Shown: positions 1 through 9,470, counted from the stretch's first letter. The stretch is DNA of 55,634 nucleotides from a virus (IMGVR_UViG_3300032092_000036:1-55634), one strand, 5' to 3'. Made by a program: numbers and translations. The notes: generated by a model from the letters alone, not told the origin.

Positions 1-2
1 GC

Positions 3-341
3 TCAGGCACTTTAATTAAAATTTTTACTGCTGGTGCAAACGGCTCTTATGTTCAAAAGATTCGTTTTAGACCTGTTGCTGCTTCAGCAGGCAGTGTGGC
101 GGCTACAGTTTGTCGTATATTTATTTCATCAAGTTCTACAACAAGCACAACGGTTACATGGTTGTACGATGAAATCACATTGCCCGCTGTAACTATGTCA
201 AATACTGCTGCCTCAAGTGTGTTTGAGTTGCCCATCAACGTGGCGCTTGATCCTAACTATTTGTTGTATGCAACTTTTGGAACATCAACTGGAACATCAC
301 CATCTGGCTACTCTATCGTCACAATTGCTGGAGATTACTAA
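3..341 (+). CDS. Tail-associated protein, 5'-truncated
   Basis: Frame is open from position 3 (SGTLIKIFTAGANGSYVQKIRFRP...TIAGDY*). Ser/Thr-rich and beta-type, in the tail-fibre region. Confidence 0.7.
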   Translation, partial: SGTLIKIFTAGANGSYVQKIRFRPVAASAGSVAATVCRIFISSSSTTSTTVTWLYDEITLPAVTMSNTAASSVFELPINVALDPNYLLYATFGTSTGTSPSGYSIVTIAGDY

Positions 342-342
342 A

Positions 343-546
343 ATGATTACATGGTTTGAAATCACATTTACTAATAACTCAACTGGCTATCAAAAAATGG
401 AAGATGGCAATTGCATTGGCGTTTATTATGCTGACGGCACACCCGCTGGTGTAAATGAAAACATTGAATACACTTGCACAAACGACAACGCTACAGCACC
501 AGCTTGGTATGTCCCTCCTGTAGTTGAGCCTACACCAGAAGCATAA
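343..546 (+). CDS. Small tail-fibre assembly-like protein
   Basis: ATG at 343 directly after the previous TAA; MITWFEITF...PTPEA. The longer 217 start overlaps the upstream gene. Confidence 0.65.
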   Translation: MITWFEITFTNNSTGYQKMEDGNCIGVYYADGTPAGVNENIEYTCTNDNATAPAWYVPPVVEPTPEA

Positions 547-548
547 AA

Positions 549-1193
549 ATGTTTCCATTCCCCATAGCCACCCCGCAAGGTTGCAACATCCAGACGTTTT
601 ATGGTACTAGTGACGCTCCTGATGAGGCTCAAATGTCATGGACTAAACCAGTTGGTGCTAGCCATGTGTATATGATGTTGATTGGTGCTGGTGGTAATGG
701 TTCTGGTGGCGGTTCTGGTGGCGGTTCGGGTGCTGTAACTGTTTGGTATGGTGCTGCGCAGCACGTTCCTAATAATTTGGTTGTAAAACCCGCAGGAATT
801 GGTGGTGACACGCAAGTTTCTTATCGCGGTAATAGTTTAATTACGTTATTACAAGCTCGAGGGGGTAGCTCCTCAAGTGCTGGCCCAGCGTCGAGTGCTA
901 CTGCATTTGCCGCATCTGGGTTTTTTAAGTCTACTGCCGGTCAAGATGGGATTGCAGGTAATTTAACACCGTCTAGCACAACATTTTTAAGCGGCGGCGC
1001 TTCAACTTCTGTAACCGCAAATTATGGTTATACCGTTACTGGATCAAATAAAAGCGGATATTTTCAAATGCAACCAATTATTGTTGGTACGGGCGGCCTT
1101 GATGCTGGCAGTGGTGGTATAGGTTGTGGAGGAGGTAGTGGAGCTTCTGTTGGTAAAGGCGGCCCCGGCATGGTTTTGATTGCGAGTTGGTAA
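549..1193 (+). CDS. Glycine-rich tail protein, paralog 1
   Basis: WxKPxG...LIGAGGxG...GGGSG...GCGGG...W* glycine-rich domain pattern. Confidence 0.75.
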   Translation: MFPFPIATPQGCNIQTFYGTSDAPDEAQMSWTKPVGASHVYMMLIGAGGNGSGGGSGGGSGAVTVWYGAAQHVPNNLVVKPAGIGGDTQVSYRGNSLITLLQARGGSSSSAGPASSATAFAASGFFKSTAGQDGIAGNLTPSSTTFLSGGASTSVTANYGYTVTGSNKSGYFQMQPIIVGTGGLDAGSGGIGCGGGSGASVGKGGPGMVLIASW

Positions 1194-1194
1194 T

Positions 1195-2001
1195 ATGTCA
1201 TATCCTATAAATTACCCAACGCCACAAGGCGCAAATGTCCAAATCTTTAGAGGTGGTGGTACTCAGTTTGATTGGGTTAAACCGCAAGGCGCATCTTTTG
1301 TTTGGTTTACGCTAATTGGTGGAGGTGGCGGTGGTGGTGGTGGGTATTTATTTACTGGTGACGAAAGTACTCAGCCCGGTGGTGGCGGTGCTTCTGGTAA
1401 TGTTACAAATTTTATGTGCCCTGCTTTTTTAATGCCTGATCAATTGCGGGTTGCTGTTGGTAGTGGTGGTAATGGAGGCGCAAAAGCAACTGATGTACAA
1501 GCTCAAAATGGCGTAGCGGGGGCGGCAACTTCCATTATTTATCAACAAAAAAATGGCACTGGTTATACACTTTTGCAAGCATCTGGTGGCGGCGAAGGTA
1601 CTGGTGGTTTTTCAAGTTCTGGTACGGGTGGCACAGCGGCTGGGACTGATGCTGGTGGCCCAATGACTGTGGCTGGGTTTTACCAATCTGTTCGCGGTCA
1701 AGATGGCGCAAGAAATGCAGTTATTACAACAAATGACTTGACATTTTTAATGGGGGGAAATGGCGGTTATTTTCCAACATCAACAATTACAGGCTATTAC
1801 GGGTACACCGCAACAGGCGTTGGCGGTTATTCACAGCTAAGTCCTATTCCATTAGCTATTCCAAATTCTACTGATGTGGAAGCTACAAAACAAGGTTTAA
1901 ACAGTTTTGGGTGCGGTGGAAATGGTGGGGGCGCTACTGGGGGCACGCACACCAATGGTGGTCGTGGTGGTGATGGCCTCGCAATAATCGTTACATGGTG
2001 A
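1195..2001 (+). CDS. Glycine-rich tail protein, paralog 2
   Basis: ATG at 1195 (MSYPINYPTPQG); same motif series as neighbours. Confidence 0.75.
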   Translation: MSYPINYPTPQGANVQIFRGGGTQFDWVKPQGASFVWFTLIGGGGGGGGGYLFTGDESTQPGGGGASGNVTNFMCPAFLMPDQLRVAVGSGGNGGAKATDVQAQNGVAGAATSIIYQQKNGTGYTLLQASGGGEGTGGFSSSGTGGTAAGTDAGGPMTVAGFYQSVRGQDGARNAVITTNDLTFLMGGNGGYFPTSTITGYYGYTATGVGGYSQLSPIPLAIPNSTDVEATKQGLNSFGCGGNGGGATGGTHTNGGRGGDGLAIIVTW

Positions 2002-2005
2002 CAAG

Positions 2006-2821
2006 ATGCTAGATTTATTTAACTTCCCAACACCACAGCAATCCAACTACCAAGAGTTTTATGGTGGATCAAGCTCTACAGAGAACACAAGAACATGGGT
2101 TAAGCCTCGCGGCGTATCAATGGTTCGCTTTATGTTGATTGGTGGTGGTGGTGGTGGTGCTAATGGCTCAGCTACAGAGGGCCGTGGTGGTGGTGGTTCT
2201 GGGGCAGTTACGTCTTGGATTGGCCCTGCTATGTTTGTTCCTGATATTTTAAATATTCGTGTAGGGGATGGCGGTTTTGCCAATAATCCTGGCGGTCCTT
2301 CTTTTATACGATATTTGTCTTCTAATGGTTTAAATGTTCTTTTAAGGGCTAACAATGGTGGAGGTAGTACTTCAACTTCTGGTGGTGCTGGCGGCAGTGT
2401 AATGTCTGCCAATCAATTTACAGCTTCTGGAATTTTTACCTCTGTTGCAGGGCAAGCGGGTGCGGCAGGAAGTGCAACAGGTGCGGGTGGAAACGTAGCC
2501 GTATCATCAACAACTTTTCTTTCTGGCGGTGCTGGTGGTGCTGGTGCGGCAGCAAGCACTGGCGGGAGAGTATCCCCTAATTACGATTATGTTAGGCTAG
2601 AAAATACAACCGCTGGTGGCACTGTTGCTGGCGCAAATGGATATTTCATTACTCAACCTATCTTGGTTGGCTGTGGAGGCGCTGGTGGTACAACATCCAC
2701 ATCTGCTGGAAGTGCTGGTGGTCGTGGTGGCATTGGTTGCGGTGGCGGTGGTGCTGGTGAAGATGCTACGACTGGCGGTGGCCGTGGGGGTGATGGCGCA
2801 GTATTTATTTGGTCTTGGTGA
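2006..2821 (+). CDS. Glycine-rich tail protein, paralog 3
   Basis: MLDLFNFPTPQ...WVKPRG...LIGGGGGG...GCGGGG...IWSW*. Confidence 0.75.
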   Translation: MLDLFNFPTPQQSNYQEFYGGSSSTENTRTWVKPRGVSMVRFMLIGGGGGGANGSATEGRGGGGSGAVTSWIGPAMFVPDILNIRVGDGGFANNPGGPSFIRYLSSNGLNVLLRANNGGGSTSTSGGAGGSVMSANQFTASGIFTSVAGQAGAAGSATGAGGNVAVSSTTFLSGGAGGAGAAASTGGRVSPNYDYVRLENTTAGGTVAGANGYFITQPILVGCGGAGGTTSTSAGSAGGRGGIGCGGGGAGEDATTGGGRGGDGAVFIWSW

Positions 2822-2829
2822 GGTAAATC

Positions 2830-3027
2830 ATGGATGCAGATGTTGACAAAAGGCTAGCCGTGCACGAAGCTGTTTGCGCTGAAAGATACCGGTCTATTGA
2901 GGGCAAACTTGATAACAGTAAAGACCGCATGCGGAACATTGAGTACATGCTCTACGCTGTAATGCTAGCCGTTTTATTTGGCCCCGGTGTGGCTGCGGAA
3001 TTTGTCAAAAAAGTGTTGGGGCTGTAA
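2830..3027 (+). CDS. Small coiled-coil plus C-terminal TM protein (holin/XhlA-like candidate)
   Basis: GAGG RBS; LAVHEAVCAERY coiled coil, then hydrophobic YMLYAVMLAVLFGPG; first gene of the lysis region. Confidence 0.65.
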   Translation: MDADVDKRLAVHEAVCAERYRSIEGKLDNSKDRMRNIEYMLYAVMLAVLFGPGVAAEFVKKVLGL

Positions 3028-3028
3028 A

Positions 3029-3121
3029 ATGAGAGACTGGGCCGAAGCAATTATTGCGGCGGTCTGCGTAACCGGTTTTGTAATCTGGAGCACGTACGTC
3101 GTTGTATGGTGCTTTCCGTAA
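3029..3121 (+). CDS. 30-aa single-TM peptide (not in ORF track)
   Basis: MRDWAEAIIAAVCVTGFVIWSTYVVVWCFP*; ATG 1 nt after the upstream stop. Confidence 0.5.
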   Translation: MRDWAEAIIAAVCVTGFVIWSTYVVVWCFP

Positions 3122-3231
3122 TTTTACTGGCTGTATCTATCGAATACAGATGTGTCAAGTGGGTTTGGGTTGGCGACGTGTACAACCGAAGAGTCTACTG
3201 TATTGAATGGAAAAAGGTAGAACGGAAATGA
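3106..3231 (+). CDS. 41-aa secreted/membrane peptide (not in ORF track)
   Basis: MVLSVILLAVSIEYRCVKWVWVGDVYNRRVYCIEWKKVERK*; stop overlaps next ATG (ATGA). Confidence 0.55.
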   Translation: MVLSVILLAVSIEYRCVKWVWVGDVYNRRVYCIEWKKVERK

Positions 3232-3722
3232 TTGATCCAATGACAGCCCTAGCTGGCATACAGTCAGCAATCTCGATGGTTAAGAAGGCCAGTGCGGTGG
3301 CCAATGATCTCGGCTCGCTTGCGCCGATGATCGGGAAGTTATTTGACGCTAAAAGCACAGCCACTAAAGCACTGATTGAGACAAAGAAAAGCAAGGGTTC
3401 CAACATGGGAACCGCGCTACAGATTGAGATGGCGCTTGAACAGGCTCGTGCGTTTGAAGAGGAGCTCAAAATGCTCTTTATGACCACAGGCAAGATTGAC
3501 GTGTGGAACAAGATTAAAGCCCGTCAAGACCAGATGGACATTGATGACGCGAGAGAACTTCGTGCCCTAGAACGGGCAGAAAAGAAGGCCAAAGAAAAAG
3601 AAGCAGAGTTAAATGAGTTGGCCGTGATTCTCGGCGGTTGCGCGTTTGTTCTGTTCTTGGTAGCAATTGGTATCTATGAGTTGATGGAGTTTTGTGAAAC
3701 TACCAGAAGGTGTGGTCGGTGA
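3228..3722 (+). CDS. Coiled-coil membrane protein of the lysis region
   Basis: MIDPMTALAG start by ATGA coupling; C-terminal TM LAVILGGCAFVLFLVAIGI. Confidence 0.75.
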   Translation: MIDPMTALAGIQSAISMVKKASAVANDLGSLAPMIGKLFDAKSTATKALIETKKSKGSNMGTALQIEMALEQARAFEEELKMLFMTTGKIDVWNKIKARQDQMDIDDARELRALERAEKKAKEKEAELNELAVILGGCAFVLFLVAIGIYELMEFCETTRRCGR

Positions 3723-3874
3723 ATGAGTACCAGAAGACCTTTGACATGTGCCTCAAGATATTCGTGTATGGGTGCGTGGCGCTGTATTTCTTGGGTTTTC
3801 TGAAGTTTTTGCCTGACGATTTGTCGGACAAAATTGTTAATCTCCTACTTGGAAAGGTTGGCTTGGGCAAATGA
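3719..3874 (+). CDS. 51-aa membrane peptide (not in ORF track)
   Basis: GTG start overlapping TGA; MNEYQKTFDMCLKIFVYGCVALYFLGFLKFLPDDLSDKIVNLLLGKVGLGK*. Confidence 0.55.
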   Translation: MNEYQKTFDMCLKIFVYGCVALYFLGFLKFLPDDLSDKIVNLLLGKVGLGK

Positions 3875-4047
3875 GAATTACCACTTACCAACAGAACGCA
3901 CAAATGTTGTCAGAGGCTCACCGAGTGATCCATCAACAGAATATGAAGCGTTTGGCTGAACTAAGTCGACAGGCTGACCAACAACAGAAGTGCCAAGAGA
4001 TTAAGACTCAGTGGGTCAAAGCTTCTCAAGTGGATGTGATGGCATGA
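3871..4047 (+). CDS. 58-aa Gln-rich protein (not in ORF track)
   Basis: ATGA-coupled at both ends; MRITTYQQNAQMLSEAHRVIHQQNMKRLAEL...VDVMA*. Confidence 0.55.
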   Translation: MRITTYQQNAQMLSEAHRVIHQQNMKRLAELSRQADQQQKCQEIKTQWVKASQVDVMA

Positions 4048-4247
4048 GATACCTAGTATTAATACTTTTGTTAACAGGGTGTGAAGACAGGTACAGGTAT
4101 TTTTGCCAGAACCCTGATAACTTTCACGCGGAACAGTGCCAGAAACCGAAGTGTTTATTTACCCAACAATGCCCTGAATACTTGGTAGCCCCTATCTTGG
4201 AGAAGAAAATCAATGACATCCAACCAGAAACCAAACCTAACAACTGA
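4044..4247 (+). CDS. Cys-rich small lipoprotein
   Basis: MRYLVLILLLTGC lipobox; four further Cys; ATGA-coupled start. Confidence 0.7.
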   Translation: MRYLVLILLLTGCEDRYRYFCQNPDNFHAEQCQKPKCLFTQQCPEYLVAPILEKKINDIQPETKPNN

Positions 4248-4734
4248 AGAATTTGAAGTCCGGGTCTGGGGCTTTGTGGTCATTGTGGTGACCTGCATCT
4301 TGTGCTTTATTGTGATTGCCCTGCTTTACTCTGTGACGTTTGTCACGCAGCCCATTAAGAGTATGGCTCCAATCGATCAGGCTTACACAAAGATGTTGAA
4401 CGACATTGTTCTTTTGATAGTAGGTGGTATTGGTGGAGTCATGACTAAACGGGCGGCAGGTGCGGCTTCTAAGCTGTTTAATCCGCAACCTCCAATGCAA
4501 CATGGCTGCCCACCAATGATGAGTGGTGGCTACGGCATGCCCAACAGCAACTACGCTTCTCCGCAATCTGCGTATGGCTTACCCTCACAACCGTTTGGTG
4601 CAATGCCTGTTTGGACGAACCCCGAACTAGATGAGTCGTGGACACCCGGCCCCCCACCCACTACGCCGCCTGAGCACTTGGAAGATGACGAAGAACGCGC
4701 CGTGATTGCGGCTGCACGAAAGGAATCTGAATAA
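4213..4734 (+). CDS. Two-TM membrane protein with Pro-rich tail (holin candidate)
   Basis: Two hydrophobic segments (VWGFVVIVVTCILCFIVIALLY; IVLLIVGGIGGVM); upstream of spanin and endolysin. Confidence 0.65.
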   Translation: MTSNQKPNLTTEEFEVRVWGFVVIVVTCILCFIVIALLYSVTFVTQPIKSMAPIDQAYTKMLNDIVLLIVGGIGGVMTKRAAGAASKLFNPQPPMQHGCPPMMSGGYGMPNSNYASPQSAYGLPSQPFGAMPVWTNPELDESWTPGPPPTTPPEHLEDDEERAVIAAARKESE

Positions 4735-5231
4735 TGTTACCTATCCCACTCCCATGGTTAATTGTTGGTGTTCTTGTATCTTTGTTCGGTACGTACCGCG
4801 TTGGCCACCATTACGGCTGGCTGGAGCGGGATAATGATATGAAAATTGCCATCGCCAAAAAAAATGAAGAAGCTCGTCAGATCGAGCAAAACATGGGTGA
4901 AAAACTTAACCAACAATCTGCCAAATTACAGGAGGCTACCAATGCTATCAATCAAAAGACTTCTGCTCTTGCCGTTGCCAATCGTGCTGGCAAGCTGCGC
5001 CTCTGCCCCTCAAGTAACGTACAAGCCCCCGCAAGTACCCCCGTTGCCAGCGCAGATACAAAAGCAACCAGTGAACCTGACAGACCGGCTGACACAGCTT
5101 CTGATGCCGAAAGAGCAACCATCGAAGCCATCGCAGAAATAGTTGCCCAAGGCGACCGTAATACCGCCGCGCTAAATGCTTGCGTAGATTCATACAACGA
5201 AGTAAGGAACCTCTTAAATGGTAAGTCCTGA
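4734..5231 (+). CDS. Rz: Inner-membrane spanin (Rz-like)
   Basis: N-terminal TM, coiled coil, AGKLRL motif, late Cys; contains an embedded lipoprotein ORF. Confidence 0.8.
   Translation: MLPIPLPWLIVGVLVSLFGTYRVGHHYGWLERDNDMKIAIAKKNEEARQIEQNMGEKLNQQSAKLQEATNAINQKTSALAVANRAGKLRLCPSSNVQAPASTPVASADTKATSEPDRPADTASDAERATIEAIAEIVAQGDRNTAALNACVDSYNEVRNLLNGKS
4942..5142 (+). CDS. Rz1: Outer-membrane spanin lipoprotein embedded in Rz (+1 frame)
   Basis: GGAGG at 4931-4935; MLSIKRLLLLPLPIVLASC lipobox; Pro-rich mature part. Confidence 0.8.
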   Translation: MLSIKRLLLLPLPIVLASCASAPQVTYKPPQVPPLPAQIQKQPVNLTDRLTQLLMPKEQPSKPSQK

Positions 5232-5814
5232 CCAGCTAAAACAACTGCACATTGGCCCTGAGTGGGTTGATGGATTGAACGCAACGTTTCAAAAGTTTGA
5301 TATTGCTACGCCCCTTCGCCAAGCGGCCTTCATTGGGCAGTGCGGACACGAGTGCGGTAACTTCCGTATCTTGGAAGAAAACTTGAATTACAGAGCAGAG
5401 GCTTTACAGAAGTTATGGCCTAAAAGGTTTGATGCAGCCAAGGCCCAAGCCTGTGCCCGTAACCCAAAGCTTATTGCCAATACTGTTTACTCGAATCGTA
5501 TGGGAAACCGAGATGAAGCTTCTGGGGATGGGTATCGTTTCCGTGGCCGAGGATGTATACAGCTGACTGGCTCGGCTAATTATTTTCACGCAGGGCAAGC
5601 TTTAGGGGTTGATTTCATCATGGAGCCAGAGCTTGTAGCGACCCCCATGTATGCTGCGCTGACAGCCGGCTGGTTCTGGAACACGCACAAACTCAATCAG
5701 TATGCTGATAGTATGGACTACCTGACCATGACAAAGAGGATTAATGGTGGGACAATCGGACTACAAGACCGTATTAAACATATAAATCATGCGCTGGAAG
5801 TATTGAAAGCTTGA
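5218..5814 (+). CDS. Endolysin, glycoside hydrolase family 19
   Basis: AAFIGQCGHEC, EENLNY, GDGYRFRGRGCIQLTGSANY and TKRINGG motifs. Confidence 0.93.
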   Translation: MVSPDQLKQLHIGPEWVDGLNATFQKFDIATPLRQAAFIGQCGHECGNFRILEENLNYRAEALQKLWPKRFDAAKAQACARNPKLIANTVYSNRMGNRDEASGDGYRFRGRGCIQLTGSANYFHAGQALGVDFIMEPELVATPMYAALTAGWFWNTHKLNQYADSMDYLTMTKRINGGTIGLQDRIKHINHALEVLKA

Positions 5815-5839
5815 ACTCCCAATGCGCCTTACATAGAAT
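5811..5839 (+). promoter_or_regulatory. Sigma70-type promoter, probably leaderless transcript
   Basis: TTGAAC-N17-TAGAAT; ATG begins 7 nt after the -10 box and has no SD sequence. Confidence 0.5.
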
Positions 5840-5845
5840 GGCTGT

Positions 5846-7846
5846 ATGACTACCCTCGTACTAAAGAACTTCTCTGGCGAACTGCCAAATACGCCGGACT
5901 ACAAGTTGCCGGACATTAACGCACAGCAAGCGCTGTACTGCGACTTTGCCCAGAACGATCTGCGTCCCTTACGTGGGGGCACACTAATTAAGACCATGGT
6001 TAATACGGTCAGGGGCATTTATACCGAAGAGGGCACTAACTTCTACACGTGGCCAATTGAAACGTTTGTTGCCAAGGGGCCCGTAAACAACGACACCTAC
6101 GGCCGCATGTATTTCATGAACGCCAATGGGTTCAAAGTAGCCCCGTATTCAGGCGCTGGAGCCACAGGCGGTGAACCTGCAACGTCTTATCTTGTGGGTG
6201 TTCCTGCTCCTACGACTGCTCCTACACTGGTCTTAAAGCAACGTGCGTCACTGCCAGACTATCCAAGTATTAGCGTTACGACCACTGTGTGGTACGAGCT
6301 CAACGGTAAGCGGTATCAAGAAGGCGCAATGACTTCGTTTGTCGTTGTGTCCCCATGGAAGAAGTACACGTTTACCCCACCTACTCGTACTCTTTATAAC
6401 CCCGGGCAAGAAGCTAGTTCAACGTTTGAATCATCGGGGGAAAACACAGTTACAGTTACCACTGAAGCAGTAGCTCCTACCGGAACTCCTCCTGATGCAA
6501 AGTTGACTGCACAGATCATCATTAAAGATACGACAAACGCCAACAAAGAAATCTTTAACGTAACGGTTTCTTCTGGTGCTACGACGCCAACGCGGAGCAA
6601 TGCGTTTCCCGGCGGTGTAGAAGTCATGCTGTCTACGGATGGCGCATTGACTTTTGAGTGGGGCGTTGTTGAAACTCGGGCTTACGTGTACACCATGGTA
6701 AACTCATACCTTGAGGAATCTGCCCCATCTCTTGCTAACGTAGTGTCAGTAACCTATTTAGATTATGTCGAGGTAACAACGACCGTACCTACATTTACAG
6801 GGTATTCCCCTAGATCAGCCACAAACATCTACCGCACGTTTGGCACAAATCCTACGTACTTCAAGATTACAACAACTAACTTAGGCGGCAACGTTTACAA
6901 AGACGAAACTTTTAAAGCTTCTGACATTGGTGTGGCGCTGCCATCCCTTGACTGGGACATTCCTGAGACTGGCATGACTGGCCTTGTGCCGATGCCTAAC
7001 GGATTCTTTGCGGCGTATAAAGGCAACATGCTGTATTTCAGCGAGCCGTTTAGACCCCATGCATGGCCTTATGCTATGTCGTTTCCAAACAACATAACGG
7101 GAATCTGCCCCGATGCTCAGTCGTTAGTCGTTACCACTAACACCGGGGCTCACATGGTTCTTGGAAGCTTGCCATCTAATATGTCTCAGCAAAAGTTGCC
7201 GCTCCCTCAAGCTGGTATTGCTCAAAGGCTCATGGTGAACTTAGAAGGCGCTGTTGCTTATGCATCCGCTGATGGTATTGTGCTGGTGCAAGGCTCACAA
7301 TCAACAATGACTTTGAGCCAGAAGTTCTACTCTCGAGAAGATTGGCGGGCTACGTTTGCTACGATTGCTGACGACGCTCGGTTTGGCTACACAGATGGCT
7401 ATCTTGTCATGGTCTCTTCTCAAGAAGCCAAGGGCATTATCATTCGCTTGGACGAAGCTGCCGGCACACTGACTCAGTTCAACGAGACGTTTGACTCGAT
7501 GTTCTATCTGCCGATTACAGATACTCTGTATTACTCCAAGGGTGCAGCTGTGTATCGTTTGCGCGATGGCGCGGCAGCTTACTACACGTTGGATTGGTGG
7601 AGCAAAGAGTTTACCTTGCCGAACTTTACAAACTTTGGAGCGTTTTTTATTCGTTGCACTGCGTCTACCGTTGTAAGCATCTATGTTGATGGCGCTCTGT
7701 GGACTACATTTACAGCTTCGGCTACTGGTTATTACCGCTTACCTGCGGGTAAACGTGCCGTGCGCTGGTCTGTCCGAGTTCAAACAATCGGTAAGATTGA
7801 AGAAATTGCCATGGCCGAATCTATGTCGGAGTTCCGTAGTGTCTAA
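5846..7846 (+). CDS. Tail tubular/nozzle-like structural protein
   Basis: 666 aa, beta-rich; LYFSEPFRPHAWP and VAYASADGIV motifs typical of podovirus tail proteins. Confidence 0.7.
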   Translation: MTTLVLKNFSGELPNTPDYKLPDINAQQALYCDFAQNDLRPLRGGTLIKTMVNTVRGIYTEEGTNFYTWPIETFVAKGPVNNDTYGRMYFMNANGFKVAPYSGAGATGGEPATSYLVGVPAPTTAPTLVLKQRASLPDYPSISVTTTVWYELNGKRYQEGAMTSFVVVSPWKKYTFTPPTRTLYNPGQEASSTFESSGENTVTVTTEAVAPTGTPPDAKLTAQIIIKDTTNANKEIFNVTVSSGATTPTRSNAFPGGVEVMLSTDGALTFEWGVVETRAYVYTMVNSYLEESAPSLANVVSVTYLDYVEVTTTVPTFTGYSPRSATNIYRTFGTNPTYFKITTTNLGGNVYKDETFKASDIGVALPSLDWDIPETGMTGLVPMPNGFFAAYKGNMLYFSEPFRPHAWPYAMSFPNNITGICPDAQSLVVTTNTGAHMVLGSLPSNMSQQKLPLPQAGIAQRLMVNLEGAVAYASADGIVLVQGSQSTMTLSQKFYSREDWRATFATIADDARFGYTDGYLVMVSSQEAKGIIIRLDEAAGTLTQFNETFDSMFYLPITDTLYYSKGAAVYRLRDGAAAYYTLDWWSKEFTLPNFTNFGAFFIRCTASTVVSIYVDGALWTTFTASATGYYRLPAGKRAVRWSVRVQTIGKIEEIAMAESMSEFRSV

Positions 7847-9470
7847 CTTTATTCCACTACCACCGACGTATGCTGTCTCTGACCCTCAGGTGAGGGCGGT
7901 GCTTGATGTTCTTACTCGCAACATGCAAGTGGTTATTGATGCCGGAGGCGGGACAACAACGAACACAGCCCTAACATCAGTTGGCGGTGCATCTACGTTT
8001 GGCAGTGGAAACAGCAGTACAAACATCACCAATCTTGCTCCTTCTTACACGCTAGATACGCTGACAGCAGATTTAAAACGTGGTGCGGCTGAAGTAATTA
8101 CTGGTGTAACTAACGGCACAACCGTTATGAAGCTAGAACCTGCTGGCCAATATGTTGTTTTTCAGCACAGAGATGCTAGTATTCTTGGAACGGTAGGCGC
8201 TTACGCAGGCACTATCCGAACCGGCCTAGGTATTACATCCACGGGTATCTTGGGCGGATACAACCGCCAATCTGATGGTGCGTGGCAGACTACGTTTGCC
8301 ATTGAGTCTTCTACGGGTAATTTAACCCTGCTGGGCACTCTCCGAGCTGCCTCAATTATTTCTGTAGATGCATACTTAGGTTCTACTTTAGTCAGTGATG
8401 TAGTCACAAACTCGGCAGCCGTTACAACCAAACTAAACAAAAGCGCAGCGGATATTCTTAGCGGAACAATTACTTTTACCAGTGCTGGCGGTTTTAAGAC
8501 AGGCACAATTGTTGTGGATGGGTCAGGCAATGCTACAGGTGCTGGTGTTGCAATTACAAGCAGAGGTATTGTTGGGCGAACTGACGCGGCCACGACGTTT
8601 ACGATTGATGCTACAACCGGTGCTGCCACGTTTAAGGGTGACATTACTGGTGCGTCTGGTAACTTTGCAGGAAATGTAACTGCGGGTAACGTTCTCTCAA
8701 CAGGAGCCGTATTAGGCACAAACTCTGGCACTAACTTCTGGCTTCGAGGCTCTGATGGGGCGGCATATTTTGGTGGAGAAACAACCGTCAAAGGTAGGTT
8801 TACTGTCAGCGGTTCTTTTGCTCAATCAGGCTACGGTGACATTGGCGCAGCTTTTACAACCAACGCAGGTGGTGCTTCTTTATACGCTACAAACAGCGGA
8901 ACCGGCACTTCTATTTATGCCAGCTCAGGCACTGGAACAGCAGCTACTTTATACAATACTACCAACGGTACTTTTGGTTTGCCAGCCGTATGGGCGCAAA
9001 ACAATGGAACAGGTCTTGCATTACGAGCTACATCTTCGGGGCAGACTTGCACCTTTACAAGTACAGGTGGCGGCTATGCGTTTATTGCATTTAGCAACGG
9101 AGCAACTGGAGCGACAGCTTTTGTTCAAGGTGACTTTGCATTAGGTTATAGTAATAGCCGAGGTGATCCATGGATTATGCGAGCTCCGTCGACTTCGGTT
9201 GCAGCTGCCGCCGCTTCGTATTTAAACAGTGACGGTACTTGGAAAGCAATAAGTGCGTTTGCCACAACTGCTTTGGGAACAGATGCGTATGCTGCAAATA
9301 GATTAAATGGTTCTGCTGGCTCAAATGTTATGAGGTTTGTTCAAGGGACAGTAAGTGGAGCGGCAACAGCAGGATTCTCAGGAACCAATAAACCCGGCAG
9401 CGCAAGTTCAAATACTTGGATGCAGATTACAATTGATTCAACAACTCTTTATATACCTGTCTGGACTTAA
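7839..9470 (+). CDS. Tail fibre/spike-like protein
   Basis: GTG at 7839 after GGAG; Gly/Thr/Ala-rich beta repeats (TFTIDATTGAATFKGDITGASGNF). Confidence 0.7.
   Translation: MSNFIPLPPTYAVSDPQVRAVLDVLTRNMQVVIDAGGGTTTNTALTSVGGASTFGSGNSSTNITNLAPSYTLDTLTADLKRGAAEVITGVTNGTTVMKLEPAGQYVVFQHRDASILGTVGAYAGTIRTGLGITSTGILGGYNRQSDGAWQTTFAIESSTGNLTLLGTLRAASIISVDAYLGSTLVSDVVTNSAAVTTKLNKSAADILSGTITFTSAGGFKTGTIVVDGSGNATGAGVAITSRGIVGRTDAATTFTIDATTGAATFKGDITGASGNFAGNVTAGNVLSTGAVLGTNSGTNFWLRGSDGAAYFGGETTVKGRFTVSGSFAQSGYGDIGAAFTTNAGGASLYATNSGTGTSIYASSGTGTAATLYNTTNGTFGLPAVWAQNNGTGLALRATSSGQTCTFTSTGGGYAFIAFSNGATGATAFVQGDFALGYSNSRGDPWIMRAPSTSVAAAAASYLNSDGTWKAISAFATTALGTDAYAANRLNGSAGSNVMRFVQGTVSGAATAGFSGTNKPGSASSNTWMQITIDSTTLYIPVWT

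Noticed and set aside
549-2821. Diversity-generating retroelement or CRISPR-like repeats in the Gly-rich genes
   Set aside because: The similarity is protein-level paralogy and GGT codon runs. I saw no reverse transcriptase, template/variable repeat pair or spacer array.
7683-7838. Extended N-terminus of the 595-aa tail ORF
   Set aside because: It overlaps the upstream gene by about 160 nt; GTG at 7839 has a GGAG RBS and a typical short overlap.
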